64,000 nt of DNA from an uncultured Verrucomicrobiae bacterium (GCA_963707025.1 CAVPOM010000007.1:448001-512000), one strand, 5' to 3'. Shown: positions 49,639 through 61,154, counted from the first letter of the stretch. Numbers and translations are program-made. Notes: generated by a model not told the origin, from the letters alone.

Positions 49639-50991
49639 TCATGTATTATCTTTCGCGATTTCATACCAAAAGACCGTTCCGCTGCCTTTCTTAGCAAGGA
49701 TGCGTTTCTTCACGAGATCAGCAATTTGTCTCTTGGCGGTGGCTGACTTGACCCCCGCGATTTGTTCGTATTCCAATCTCGAAATCTTTCCCTTGTTGAG
49801 AGCGTGTTGCAGGGCTTTTACCTGCCCCTCCTTCAACCCCAAGCTTCCGAATTTCCTTTCGGCTGAAATTGTCCGATAGAATATGGTCCGAAATGAAGAT
49901 GCGCGCGACTCAAACTCCGGCTCCGGCACCCCGGCCTCCCGGCAGTCAGTGATCATCCGGCCAGTCCCGGTTCCAAACTGCTCAATATACTTGATGAGGA
50001 AAAACGCGCGCGCGATCAGTTTATTGCGGGGTTTCGACTCGTGGGATTTTCTCAGGTCATCCACCGTCAAATCGAGTGGCAGGCTGCCGGGATTCCAAAT
50101 TTCGAGCTGGTCGTCAAAAATCTTGACCACCACGTTTCCGCTATCGGCGTAGTCCCGATGGCATACTGCATTGATGATTCCCTCACGCACGGCGTCCAAC
50201 GGGTATTCCCATCGCTCTTTGCGTGCCAGTTGTCCTTCGATTTTCGCCGCCATTCTGATATTTCGTTGAACGAACGCCATCGCTTCTTCCACCTGGGCAA
50301 CGATGTCCCCTTCAATCACTTTCATGTCGAGGAATTCGACCTCTGAGTTTCCTTTAAACCGGCCACACCGCAGGTATCCTTGCACCAGAAAATGTTGCGG
50401 CCTTTGGCCAAAGAGCAGCAAGGCGGCTACCGTCAACTGCCCGTTGCGTGTTAGGTCCAACTGATTGAGCGCCTGTTGCACAGGCGTCTGCGGGTCAATT
50501 GGCCATTGCCGTTCCGCTATGGCGCGGTTCAGGAATTTGCGAACCTTTTCCGGGTCAATGTCGCTGAGGCTCGCGTCAGATTCTACGGTCTGATCCCACG
50601 TCAGCCCTCTCGACGCGAGATAAAGTTCGGCAACTTCACTGGCGGATAACACCTGATTGGTGCGTCCCGACCGGCGATACGGGCGGCCGAATGCTGTAAC
50701 GGGCTTGGTTTGGTGTTCCGGCACGTCCACAACAATGACGGTCGCCCCTGGCTCGTCCTGGGTCGTAATGGCCGGCACGACCTTGGGCGTGGTATTTTGT
50801 GCGATTCTGTTGGCCAAGTCTTCCAAAGTGCCTTTGCCAATCTGTACGCCGGTGATGCGGCCATCGTCTGCCACGCCTACAAAAACCTTCCCGCCCTGTG
50901 CCGAGGCAAAGGCGGCACAAGTTTCCACAATGTCGCGCCACAGGCTCAACGACTCTTTCCGTTCAACCGTTTGTCCTTCTTCGGGAATCAT
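49639..50991 (-). CDS. AlbA_2 (Schlafen-like) + HATPase_c_4 + HTH protein
   Basis: E.Q.VE.K..., CAAFA...GG.VFVGVADDG; YP..AVRE.IINAV.HRDY, NPG, RNK.IA and E..GTG; C-terminal winged HTH. Confidence 0.88.
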   Translation of the reverse strand: MIPEEGQTVERKESLSLWRDIVETCAAFASAQGGKVFVGVADDGRITGVQIGKGTLEDLANRIAQNTTPKVVPAITTQDEPGATVIVVDVPEHQTKPVTAFGRPYRRSGRTNQVLSASEVAELYLASRGLTWDQTVESDASLSDIDPEKVRKFLNRAIAERQWPIDPQTPVQQALNQLDLTRNGQLTVAALLLFGQRPQHFLVQGYLRCGRFKGNSEVEFLDMKVIEGDIVAQVEEAMAFVQRNIRMAAKIEGQLARKERWEYPLDAVREGIINAVCHRDYADSGNVVVKIFDDQLEIWNPGSLPLDLTVDDLRKSHESKPRNKLIARAFFLIKYIEQFGTGTGRMITDCREAGVPEPEFESRASSFRTIFYRTISAERKFGSLGLKEGQVKALQHALNKGKISRLEYEQIAGVKSATAKRQIADLVKKRILAKKGSGTVFWYEIAKDNT

Positions 50992-51140
50992 TATGTTCGG
51001 CTTTTCTTTCAGATCAGCCGCTGTTTCCCAATGGTGTGGTTACAGGGCATGAATTGCAAGTGGACGCGCTCCTTTCGCAAACTTGCTGGCGAGTAGTTGT
51101 CCGAATGGACTCCTGCGCCCCGAATGGGCCAAAAATCTGC

Positions 51141-51245
51141 GCTTCGGTCTGGATTTGCGGCGCGGAGAGTGGAGCGGAGCGATGGAACAGGGCGTCAGGG
51201 GTGGAATCCGAAGCGCAACGCCGCAACGCAAGTCCAGACCGAAGC
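51141..51245. repeat. 25-bp inverted repeat in non-coding DNA
   Basis: gcttcggtctggatttgcggcgcgg (51141-51165) vs ccgcaacgcaagtccagaccgaagc (51221-51245), 22/25 match. Confidence 0.75.
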
Positions 51246-51873
51246 CAAAGGGAAGCCGCGACGAGCGCGCGGTTTGGCGACAGGAACGGACAGAGGCGGG
51301 CGGGGTGAGGGACGCCTGCTGTCTGTGGAAGGAGCCAAAATGAGCGTTGGTCGCGGCGGGGAATTTGGGCGGGGTTTGCCGTTATCTAAGATTGAGAAAA
51401 ACGGCAGCCCAAGTGACCAATCGGACGATTCTGAAAAAACATCGGACGATTCGCCTGGGTCTCAGATCGGTCGCCTGGGCCGGGTGTTTTTTGAATTCCG
51501 GTGTGAGCCAACTTGACGATTACCGAAATTCGCTTGACGATTGGTTGACGATTCTCTGAGGGCATATTTCGGTTGCCTGAACACGGTGGCTGTCGAGTTT
51601 CGTCGTGACCCAACTTTACGATTGACCAAAATGCGTTTAATGATTGGTCCGTGTTCCCGATGTCCCAATTGTCCCATAACCGTCTCGTTTCGCCAGGAAA
51701 CAAGCTCCGACTTGTCCGGTCGCCCATAAAACTGCTTTAGGCACGACTGATTTTATCCCTTTAAAAGAGACAGAATCACTTAAAGTTGTCTCTCTGAGAG
51801 CGAGAAATGTTCTCGCCAAAAGCCCATCCATTCGGAAACAAGGCGCGACCACGAAACAATCAACTGAATCTTT

Positions 51874-52098
51874 TCAAATGATCCCTGTTGTCTCCTTCAG
51901 GAAGCGGTCGAGGTCGTCTCTGGAATAGATCGGGTGGCGCAGTGCCAATGAAGGATGCAGAAGGCCCCGCTTTCTCAAGCGGTCTATGGTTGCGGGCGTC
52001 ACGCCTAAATAAACTGCGGCTTCGGCGCGTTTGAACCCTTTTTTCTCGACTGTCGCTCGATTGACGGTTCCCGTGGATTGTGCATCTCTTTTGGCCAT
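51874..52098 (-). CDS. Excisionase-like HTH protein
   Basis: EAAVYLGVTPATIDRLRKRGLL...DLDRFL; AGGAG ribosome-binding site upstream. Confidence 0.8.
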   Translation of the reverse strand: MAKRDAQSTGTVNRATVEKKGFKRAEAAVYLGVTPATIDRLRKRGLLHPSLALRHPIYSRDDLDRFLKETTGII

Positions 52099-52108
52099 AA
52101 ATCCTCCT

Positions 52109-52282
52109 TTACTCTGATTTAAGCAACCGGAGCAGTTCGGTGCGGGGCACGAGCAGCTTGCCGCGCAACGCCCGGCACGCTTTGAGTTTGCCGCCTTGGA
52201 CGAGGCGATAAATGCTGAAATAATGCACGCCCAGCATATCGGCTGCCTCCTGTATAGAGTAGGCCAGACGCTCGGTTGTCAT
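52109..52282 (-). CDS. Excisionase-like HTH protein
   Basis: LAYSIQEAADMLGVHYFSIYRLVQGGKL; start at 52282 or 52315. Confidence 0.8.
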   Translation of the reverse strand: MTTERLAYSIQEAADMLGVHYFSIYRLVQGGKLKACRALRGKLLVPRTELLRLLKSE

Positions 52283-52687
52283 GGGGGACTCCTCGGTTTT
52301 TGAAATCGTTTCCATAAGTTTAAAAATCGTCTTTGTGTTGAAATCATAAATATCAGGCGCAACGCATCCATTACAAAAATCAGCGTTATTTCCAGTCTCG
52401 GAATTATCCAAGATTCCCCAAACAACCAGGGCAATTCCCAACCGCGACTTGGCCGGTGAGTTGGCCGGTCGCCGGGCGAGTGCGTTCCTGGCCGCATCGG
52501 CGCGTGGTCCATGTCAATTCTCTCGCCGATGGGACGGGAATTTTAGCAGCACCATTTTCCTAAACCAGGCCATCCGTCGGAACCGGTCAGTCGGCAAACA
52601 GCACGGAGAGTTCATTCAGAACCATGATTGCGGGTTGGACTTATGCGGTGATAGATTTCGGTAGAATGGTGATAGAAAAGTGATGGG

Positions 52688-53359
52688 TTATCGCCGGAGG
52701 ACAATGCCCAACATCAGCCCGAACGAAACGAGCAAGGACGCAACCAAAAGGTAGGCGAACCAGTCCCGCTTGGTCAGGCGCTGCTCCAACCGCTCCCGTT
52801 CCTTGTTCATTTTTTCCCGCGCCATATTGAAATCCTCCTTTGCCTTGTTCCACGATTCGGTTCCCTGATTGAGATCGTCCTGGATTTTTCGGGCGACAGC
52901 CTCAAACTCGCGCGCTTTCGAGCATATTTGGGTGGCGATGCCGTGGATGACATCGTTGTAACCTGACACCGTCATGTCGTATTGCTTCAATCTTCCGTCT
53001 ATTGCTTCGATGGTGGTCTTGGACTGAGCCGCAATCTGTCGGCGGTGGTCGGCTTGGACGGCGTCCAACAGTTTTTTGGAGTCACTGGCAAGCCGACGCG
53101 CATCATCCAGTGCGCTGTTGAATTGCTCCGAAAAGCGGGCGCGGTGACTGGCTTGGTCTCGCTGCCAATTTTTTTGGGAATCCCTCAGAATATGAGGCAA
53201 CCGTCCGATGGCTCGCCATTGGGCCTTGGTCAACAATGCCAGTTGCACCGGAAATGAGTTTTCATCGCCGCTGCACCATTCGGCCAGAATTTTTCGCAAG
53301 CGTTTCGCCTCTGCCGGATTAACGCCGTCACACAACAAATCAAAGTCAGTGTCCATCAT
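52688..53359 (-). CDS. Coiled-coil protein with C-terminal TM helix (positional equivalent of StbC/TraM)
   Basis: Heptad-rich body, hydrophobic C-terminus; third gene of a tightly packed trio. Confidence 0.7.
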   Translation of the reverse strand: MMDTDFDLLCDGVNPAEAKRLRKILAEWCSGDENSFPVQLALLTKAQWRAIGRLPHILRDSQKNWQRDQASHRARFSEQFNSALDDARRLASDSKKLLDAVQADHRRQIAAQSKTTIEAIDGRLKQYDMTVSGYNDVIHGIATQICSKAREFEAVARKIQDDLNQGTESWNKAKEDFNMAREKMNKERERLEQRLTKRDWFAYLLVASLLVSFGLMLGIVLRR

Positions 53360-53362
53360 AAA

Positions 53363-54181
53363 TCATTCTCCAAAATTAAGTTGCGGTTGCGGCCTCTCGA
53401 TTTTCCATTCCCGTTGAGGCGGCAATTTTGGTTCGGGAATGAGCGCCGTTGGCAGGAGCGACTCGGCAATCGAGTCGTATTGTTGGAACATACGCTGCAT
53501 GGCCCACTGGATTTCCCCGGCCAGCAACCGTTCCAAGTGGCCCGCTTCGATGCGCGACAATTCGGCGAAGCTCAATCCGTGCTTCGCGTTGGCCTCGGCC
53601 TTCTCTGCGGCCAGCAACGTTGTTGGCGTGACGGTCGGCAGGGTGATGGTCTTCGCCCCGAATTCCGCCAATTGCTTTTCCAGCGGCGAGCCTTTGAACA
53701 GATCGCCCCGCGCTTTGGCCGGATTATGGACGATGACATAATCCACCCGGTCGCCCGCGTACAGGAACAGTCGCCCCGCGTTGGTCATGCTCTCCGTGTC
53801 GTCGGTCGGAAACAGGAAAAAGGTCAATCGCACGTCCTGCTCGGCGCAGACATCGAGCACCTGCAATTCCTCCAATGCCGCCATGATGAGCGCGTCCGCC
53901 TGGGCGCGTGTGTCAATGACGTGAACCGGCGCGGTGTCTTTGAGCACTCGCCGGAAAAGACTGAGCAGGGCCGTCTTGCTCTCGTGCTCATTGCCAAGCT
54001 GATAGGAGCGAACGGCGTCCTTGTGCCGACTGGCAAATGTGTGATGCCGGTCGTCGAGGTCGGAGCCGTTCCATTGAACGCCAAGCTGGTCGAGCCAGGC
54101 GGTGCGGAATTCCGCTTCAAAACTTTTGCCAAGGTTTCCCTTGGACTGTGGATTTAAGTGAATACGACGTGTGATGTTCAT
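53363..54181 (-). CDS. ParA/MinD-like P-loop protein (StbB/TraL-like)
   Basis: Deviant Walker A KGNLGKS, D.D motif and VIDT. Confidence 0.75.
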   Translation of the reverse strand: MNITRRIHLNPQSKGNLGKSFEAEFRTAWLDQLGVQWNGSDLDDRHHTFASRHKDAVRSYQLGNEHESKTALLSLFRRVLKDTAPVHVIDTRAQADALIMAALEELQVLDVCAEQDVRLTFFLFPTDDTESMTNAGRLFLYAGDRVDYVIVHNPAKARGDLFKGSPLEKQLAEFGAKTITLPTVTPTTLLAAEKAEANAKHGLSFAELSRIEAGHLERLLAGEIQWAMQRMFQQYDSIAESLLPTALIPEPKLPPQREWKIERPQPQLNFGE

Positions 54182-54579
54182 AATTTATTTGGATCGTTAA
54201 GGTTTAGACTGTCAGGACTCGGTTGCCGAAACGAACGCGAGGCCGGAATGGCCGCAAGAACCGGCTTGCGGTTTGATTCTGGCCGACTGGCCGGCTCATG
54301 TGGGAGGGTGGGTGGCACGGACAGCGTTCGGCCTTCGTCCTCCCAATGATGCCGGTCCTGGCGCTTCACGTATCTGCGATAGAATTGATGCAGACCTTGG
54401 AGCGTGATGCGGCAGCTTTCTTCAACTGCGAGCCGTTCGGCGATTTCCCTCCACGTTTTGCGCTGCTGGCGCTGTGCGCGGATGATGGCCACGAATGGCT
54501 CAACGCGGCTGTGAAAGGCGCGTCCGCCGCCCTTGCTGGCCGCCACTGCGTTTGTTTTCGTCTCCGATTCCATTGCCAT
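54178..54579 (-). CDS. Small putative DNA-binding protein (positional equivalent of StbA/TraK)
   Basis: TWREIAERL...ITLQGLHQFY HTH-like segment and Pro-rich tail; ATGA overlap with the P-loop gene. Confidence 0.6.
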   Translation of the reverse strand: MAMESETKTNAVAASKGGGRAFHSRVEPFVAIIRAQRQQRKTWREIAERLAVEESCRITLQGLHQFYRRYVKRQDRHHWEDEGRTLSVPPTLPHEPASRPESNRKPVLAAIPASRSFRQPSPDSLNLNDPNKL

Positions 54580-54670
54580 AACTTTAAATCAGCAATGGCC
54601 GACTGCGTTAATCGGCAGTAGGCGAGTTAGCCCGATTCGTGGGAGAGTTAAACCGATTAGGTTTTGCGCC

Positions 54671-54890
54671 TGTTGAAAGGCGCTGAAATGGCGTTGAATC
54701 GCCGCGTTGAAATCCGTTGAGGCGCGTTGAATCTGTCAGCACCCTTCAACGCCTTGCGACACGAGAATTCGTGCAGATCGGCACATAGCCGCCAAACCTA
54801 CGATTTGTTCGTAGGGGTAGGGCGTCCACCTTTTAATTCCACACGCATAGAGTGGAAACAAACGCAATCTTGCGTATGAAAGTGAGGCGA
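54671..54890. promoter_or_regulatory. Candidate oriT region
   Basis: Repeated (G)CGTTGA(A) units at 54691-54731 and hairpin ACGCAA-TC-TTGCGT followed by ATGAAAGTG (54862-54884). Confidence 0.4.
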
Positions 54891-55281
54891 ATGCTGCCGT
54901 GTGGCGATGTTTGAATGAGAAATGCATCCCTGGTTCCAGCAATTCGATATTGTGACCGCTCCCATGCACTGAACGCCTGACCCGAAGCCAGAGCGGAACG
55001 GAGCGAGCCGAGGGGTTACGGGCGGCAGGCGAAGTGAAGCGTGGCTGAGGGCAGGCGTTGAGTGCGGAAACCCATATGGATGTTTCCGGTTAAGGCGCTT
55101 TGTCTGCTCGGTTTTCGGTGGCGGCAGGGGGAAAAGCCGGGCAGTCAAAGCGCCGGGACATTTTGATTCGGCTGGCCGGAATTGTGCGGTCACAAATTGC
55201 CTTGATTGTTGTGCCGTAGGCGGTTGTCTCGATGAGAATGCCCGAAAATGCTGGTTATTCTCGTTTTCCGAACGAATAATC

Positions 55282-56262
55282 CAGTTGCCGCGCCCACACC
55301 TCCTGTTGTTCCTCCCACAGGAACTTGAGTTCCCGCAAGAGATGCTCGTTGCACAGGGCATGCTGGCATTGCTCATAGGCAAAATAGGGTTTCCAGTGAT
55401 CATGCACGACCCATTGGCGGCAAGCGCCCACGATGCCCAAAGCGTCCATCGCCTCGCCGCCGCGCTTGGGATGCACACCGTAGCAGGTCAGCGTGGCCGT
55501 CGAAGCCACATGCAGCCAGTGTAACTCCCCGGCCACGCGCAGGCCGCTCTCGTCCAGATGAACCACCGGCGCTTGCGGCACCTGGCAGGCCAGCGCCTGC
55601 GCGAAGGGATCCAACTGATGATAGGCGCGCTCATTGGCCGCCGCCAGCGTCGCCAGACTCAAAGGCTGCCCAAATATATCGTCGCACAATTGGGCCAGCC
55701 GGTCATAGGGCAGCAACTGCTGCTGGTTCAAATACACCATCAAGCTTTGAAAACGCGGCCCATATTGCGCCGGAGCGCTCACCCCGTTCGGAAAATCCGC
55801 GCTGACAGTCTGGCCGCAACGCGGACAACCCTTGATCTCGGCCCGATGTTCGGTCACCGCCAGGGAAAGCTCCGGCAAGTCGAACATCTGGCGGCTTTCA
55901 TAGTCCAGCACCGGCTCCCGGCCCAGACCGCGCCCGCCGCAGTGCGGACAGTTTTCCAGCCGGTGAACCTCAATGTGATCGGGGGTTTTGACCCGCTGCA
56001 AGGTATGGCCCGGATGACCGGGTTGGCCGCCCGGTTTGAGACCGCTGGGGCCGCGCAAACTTTTTGGGCTGGGTTTGTTCAGGCCGTCGCTGGAGGGCGG
56101 CTTGCCGCTGTTGGAACTGTTGCGGGCCACTTGGCCTTCCAACTCCTGGACTCGCTGTTCCAGTTGCACCAAACGTTCCTGCAAGGCCAGGATAATATCC
56201 ACCAACGCTTCGGGCTGGCTGCGGGCCAGGGGCAACAGTTCTTCACGCGTGAACAGCTTCAT
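55282..56262 (-). pseudogene. IS66-family transposase, C-terminally truncated
   Basis: NSSNSGKPPSSD, GGQPGHPG, CPHC/CPRC zinc finger, HLDESGLR, VHD and QHALCNEHLLREL; similarity ends right after this. Confidence 0.85.
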
Positions 56263-56803
56263 TGACACAAGACCTTTCGAAAATCGGTTTGCAGGGGATA
56301 GACCCAAACATCCTTCACCGGCGCTTGCAGAACGTGCCGGCAATCCTGCCGGGTGCGCCCTTGCGTCTGACCGGCGCAAATCCAGTTGGCCGCCCGATAA
56401 CAACTGCCTCGGAACCGGCCCCGTTCCACAAAGGTCTCCAACAGGGCCACCCCATGGCCGTAGCGCCCCTGCCAGTCCGCCGCGATGCGCCGGGCCACTC
56501 GGCCCAAAATGTGGCTGGCCAGTTCCGGCACGTCCACCCAGGGCAAAATCAAAAACCGGCTGTTGTTGGCCACCTGGCCCAGATGAGCCTGCCGCTGGGC
56601 GGCCGTCCAGCCAATGAAGGCATCCCGCCCCCGCGTTTTCCACGCCGCCGCGCCAAACAAGACACAGGCCAAATCCCGCCCCTGCCGGTCCCGCACCAGA
56701 TACTTGACGTTTTGCCCGACGGCGCTGGTGTAGCCCAAATAATGATACTGATGCAGCAACCAGTCAAAGACAGGCCCCGCTTCGGGCTGCCGTGAACCAG
56801 TCT
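56259..56803 (-). pseudogene. DUF4338-domain IS-associated gene, N-terminally truncated
   Basis: YHYLGY, RDAFIGW, NNSRFLILPW, ETFVE and YRAANW..G.T.GR; ATGA overlap with the transposase. Confidence 0.8.
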
Positions 56804-56830
56804 GCCGGAAAACTCACGGGAGACATATTT

Positions 56831-59800
56831 ATGAAACAAAAGCCAACTTGGTTCGGTCCAATCCTCGTTATTGGAGTGTGGTTGGCCGCAGTGGCGATGC
56901 CGTCAGCGGGAGGTGCTGTCACCTTCAAAAATCTTCATTCTTTCCTAGTCTTGACCAATGGCAGCAACCCGAACGCGCTGGTTCAGGGAGGGGATGGGGG
57001 CTTTTATGGCACGACCTCCGGCGGCGGAACCAACGGAGGTTATGGCACGGTGTTCAAGATCACGACTAACGGGGACTTTACAACGCTCCACGCCTTCGCT
57101 GGGAGTCTGGACGGTAGCACACCAAACGCCTTGGTGCTCGGGATCAACGGCAACTTTTATGGTACGACCCAATTCGGCGGAAGCAATGGCCTGGGCACGG
57201 TGTTCAGGGTTTCAACCAATGGAGTGCTGACTACGATGTTCTCCTTTGTGCCTGTTCAGCGTGGGTTCGGCGGCCCGGTTCTGCCCCCATTTCCTTCCCA
57301 GTTTTCCCCTTCATCCATCGTGATAACCGAGCCACCGCAAAGTCCCCCAACAACTTCGCCTCTACAGCCGCCGTTCGGTTTTGTATACACCAACGTGGTT
57401 GGCCAAAATCCAACGGCTCCACTTGTACAGGGCAGTGACGGCAATCTCTACGGTACAACCACTGCGGGCGGGACGAACGGCGTTGGCACGGTGTTCATGA
57501 TTTCCACAAATGGGACGGCAGTTCCTTTGTATTCGTTCACTGGCGGCGCGGACGGTTCGACTCCCGCGTCGGCATTGGTGCAGGGCAACGATGGCCAATT
57601 CTATGGAACTACTTCTTCTGGTAACGGATCTGTGTTCAGAATTTCGACAAATGGCACTTTCGCCAACATATATGCCTTTACTGGCAGCGCTGACGGCAAT
57701 TCTCCCAACGGCTTGACGCTGGGAAAGGAGGGTAATCTTTATGGCACGACCCAGTACGGTGGCAGCAACGGGAATTACGGCACAGTTTTCAAAATATCGT
57801 CCGACGGCCTTCTGACAACTCTTCACACGTTTGGATCCCTCGTCAACGGCACGAATGGTTCGCTGGATGGCCAATACCCAAGTGCAGCATTGACATTGGA
57901 CACGAACGGTAACTTTTTTGCCACGACAAGAGCGGGTGGAGTTTACGGCGTAGGCACTGTTTTCCGATTGGCGACGAATGGGACGCTAACGACGTTGCAC
58001 TCGTTTACCGCGACGAGCGATGGGGCGGCGCCTGCCAAAGAGATTGTGCGAGGTGATGACGGCAACTTCTACGGCGTTGCGCAAGGTGGTGCGGACGACG
58101 CAACAGCAACCATCTTTAGAATCTCGCCCGGAGGTTCCTTTGCTTCCGAGTATTCCTTCCCAGGGGCCACGGATGGCTCAACGCCAAATGGATTGACGCA
58201 AGGCAGGGACGGAAATCTCTACGGAACTACGCAGGACAACCTCGGCACCATATTCAAAATCACGCCACAAGGGGCATTGACGACCTTGTATACGTTCAAC
58301 TCGCCGGAAGTCGGAGATCGTCCTGCCGCAGCGCTTTTGCTAAGTTCCGATGGCAATTTCTATGGCACGACAGCATCGGGCGGCACGAACAATTTTGGCA
58401 CCGTGTTCAGATTCAGCCCCAGTGGGACCCTCTCCACTCTTTATTCATTCGGGATGATCCAATACTCGATCACAGCCGTGGACGGCAATTCGCCGGTCGC
58501 TCCGCTCACCGAAGGTAACGACGGTAGTCTGTACGGCGTAACGGAATCCGGAGGTTATTATGGATACGCTGGCACCGTTTTTAACATCGGCACGCATGGT
58601 GGCTTCACTTCTTTATATTCATTTACCGGCGGCCCTGACGGGAACGGCCCCGATAGTGCGCTGACGTTTGGGCCTGACGGAAATCTTTATGGTGCAGCCC
58701 CCTCTGGCGTACTTTTCGGGAATGGAACCATTTTTCGAGTTTCGACGAATGGAACCTTGACTTCGCTCTATTTTTTCCCAGCACCCGTCACAACCAATGG
58801 CCAACCCCAGGATGACACCGACGTAGGCGCAAGCGGTCTAGTTTGGGGAGGAGACGGTTACTTCTATGGCACAACGTCAGTAGGCGGCGACTTCGATGAA
58901 GGCACGGTATTCAAGGTAACAACGAATGGCAGTTTGACCACATTGTATTCGTTCACGGGCGGAATTGATGGAGGCAATCCCTCAGGCGGACTATTACTAG
59001 CCAGCGACGGCAACTTCTACGGCGTGACGACTTTCGGTGGCACGAATGGCCTCGGCACATTGTTCAGCGTCACTCCTGGCGGCTCATTGAATAGTCTATA
59101 CGCGTTTGGAACGGCTACCAATGCCGCCGGTAACTCTTTGGACGGCCAAAACCCGGTCGCCGCGCTCGTACAGGGTTTGGATGGAAGCTTCTACGGCACA
59201 ACTCCACATGGCGGTACTGCTCAAAACGGCACATTATTCCAGCTTTCTGTCGGGCTACCCCAATTGACGCCGCCTGCCATCATTGCCCAGCCGGCCAGCG
59301 AGACAGACGTCGAGCTGGGAAGTGCAGTCAGTTTTGGCGCGTTGGCTGTTGGCAGTTTGCCTCTCAACTATCAATGGCAGAGAAACGGCACGAATTTAGT
59401 TGACGAAGGGAATGTTTCAGGAGCGAACTCGAACATCCTAACGGTGCGTCCCGTCGCCTTTTCCGACGCAGCGGCGTATACACTTGTTGTTTCCAACCCA
59501 TATGGTTCGGTTAGCAGCGCCGTCGCTTTCCTGAGCTTCGACCGAACCAACGGTTCTGGCCCCACCATTAGCATCACTTCCCCTGCACTCAACGCTCGCA
59601 CAACCAATCTGCTTTCCGGTGTCGCCTCTGACAGGGTTGGCATCATCGGCGTGGCCTATACCCTAACCAATTTCGGAGAACGCACGACCGTTGTTCATGG
59701 GGAGGCCGAGCTTGGTCCCGGCACGACGCGACGAACGTGGACCGTCAGACCATTGCCTGGGAAGAATTTCATTAGAGTCGAAGCCGTCAACTATGCTGAC

Positions 59801-61133
59801 GTTAGCTCTGCCACCGCCAGTCGCGGGTACTTTTATGTGGAGCGAGCTTCGTTGGACATGGCCGTCACAGGCACTGGGACTGGCAGGGTAACAGGCACAG
59901 CTCTGGTGGCCGGAGACGCCGCGCCTGCCAGTCAAGCGCAGCTAAACATTGGCGAAACTTATCAGGTTAGCGCCCAGTCCGCTTCGAACTCGATGTTTGG
60001 TGGATGGACAATTACGACTCCAAGCCAAGTAATTAGTACGAACCAACCGACGATCCGCTTTATCATGGAAAGCAACCTCTCGCTCTCCGCTGATTTTGAA
60101 ACCAATCTATTCTTAGCAGCGCAGGGGACTTACAACGGACTATATTTCAGTGAGTATCTGTCAAATGCGACCGTTGATACAGCGGGATTGCTGAGTGGGC
60201 TGGGCGTCCGAAAGAACGGCGTTTATAGTGGCAGGCTTTGGATCAATGACATCGGTTACGCCATCAGCGGCAGCTTTGATGCCTTTGGCAATGCTACCAA
60301 TAATATCAACCGTCTCGCTCGCCAAGGTGGCCCGGTGACGCTGGAGATGCATTTCATAAGTGCCGCGGGAGATTTGGAGGGTTCCGTCTCGGGCAATAAT
60401 GCCGCCGGGCCGTGGGTGTCGGACCTTCTTGCGCGCCGCGCGGCAGCCATCTTGCCTTCTGGCCAATATACAATGGTGATTCCGCCAATCGCCAATAGTT
60501 CCACGAATTCGCCGGGCGGCTACGGCTACCTATTGGTAACCAATAATCAAGGGGATGCTCAACTGGCCGGAGCGTTGGCCGACGGAACGACGTTCAGTCA
60601 GGCCGTCGGTGTGTCAGCGGAAGGTTACGCACCGGTTTATGCGAGACTTTATGCAAATACTGGCTTGTTGCTTGGTTGGATTAACCTCCAAAGCAATACC
60701 GCCCCGGACGTCGGATTGACTTGGATTCGGCCTGCCCGCGCCAGATCATTGTACAAGGGCGGTTTTACCAATCTCGCTTTGGGTGACGAACTGCCCATTT
60801 CTCCTTGGACAAACCCGCCGCCCGCCTCCCTATTCCGGTCACTGACGAACCTGGTTATATCGGAGACGTTGGATGCCACAACCGATTTGTTAACCTTCGA
60901 CGTCGACGTTCACGAACTACTTCTTGAGGAAAATGGGAGTTCTCCCGATGAATTCCCTAACCGGTTCGGTCAGCGCCAAAACTGGACTCTTGAGGGTGGC
61001 CTTTGGTGGCGGCAATCATACGCCAATTACCACGGGCTATGTGGTGATCCTCCAGAACGTGACAAATGGCGGCGGTTTCTTTGTTACCAAAACAATGGAC
61101 GGGGTAATCCAGTTGTTCCCAAACGGACCGTGA
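56831..61133 (+). CDS. Large secreted GloVer-type tandem-repeat (beta-propeller-like) protein with Ig domains; frameshift near 60935
   Basis: Signal peptide and more than 12 copies of P...L.QG.DG.FYGTT..GG...GTVF.I...G..T.LYSF; Ig motif LNYQWQRNG. The true C-terminus is probably in ORF 60924..61133. Confidence 0.85.
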
Positions 61134-61154
61134 TATTCTTAAATCTGTTCAAGC

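Larger units (their letters stand above)
49364..51553. repeat. Two clusters of phased (T/G)GAC(G/A)ATT direct repeats flanking the AlbA_2 gene
   Basis: Copies at 49364, 49385, 49396, 49476, 49487, 51423, 51444, 51514, 51535 and 51546. Confidence 0.7.

Noticed and set aside
56259..56803. Druantia defence system (DUF4338/DruA)
   Set aside because: The gene is a fragment translationally coupled to an IS66 transposase, and no DruE helicase is present.
56950..59250. CRISPR-like periodic repeats
   Set aside because: The periodicity comes from degenerate protein-coding repeats. No identical repeat-spacer array or cas gene was seen in the window.
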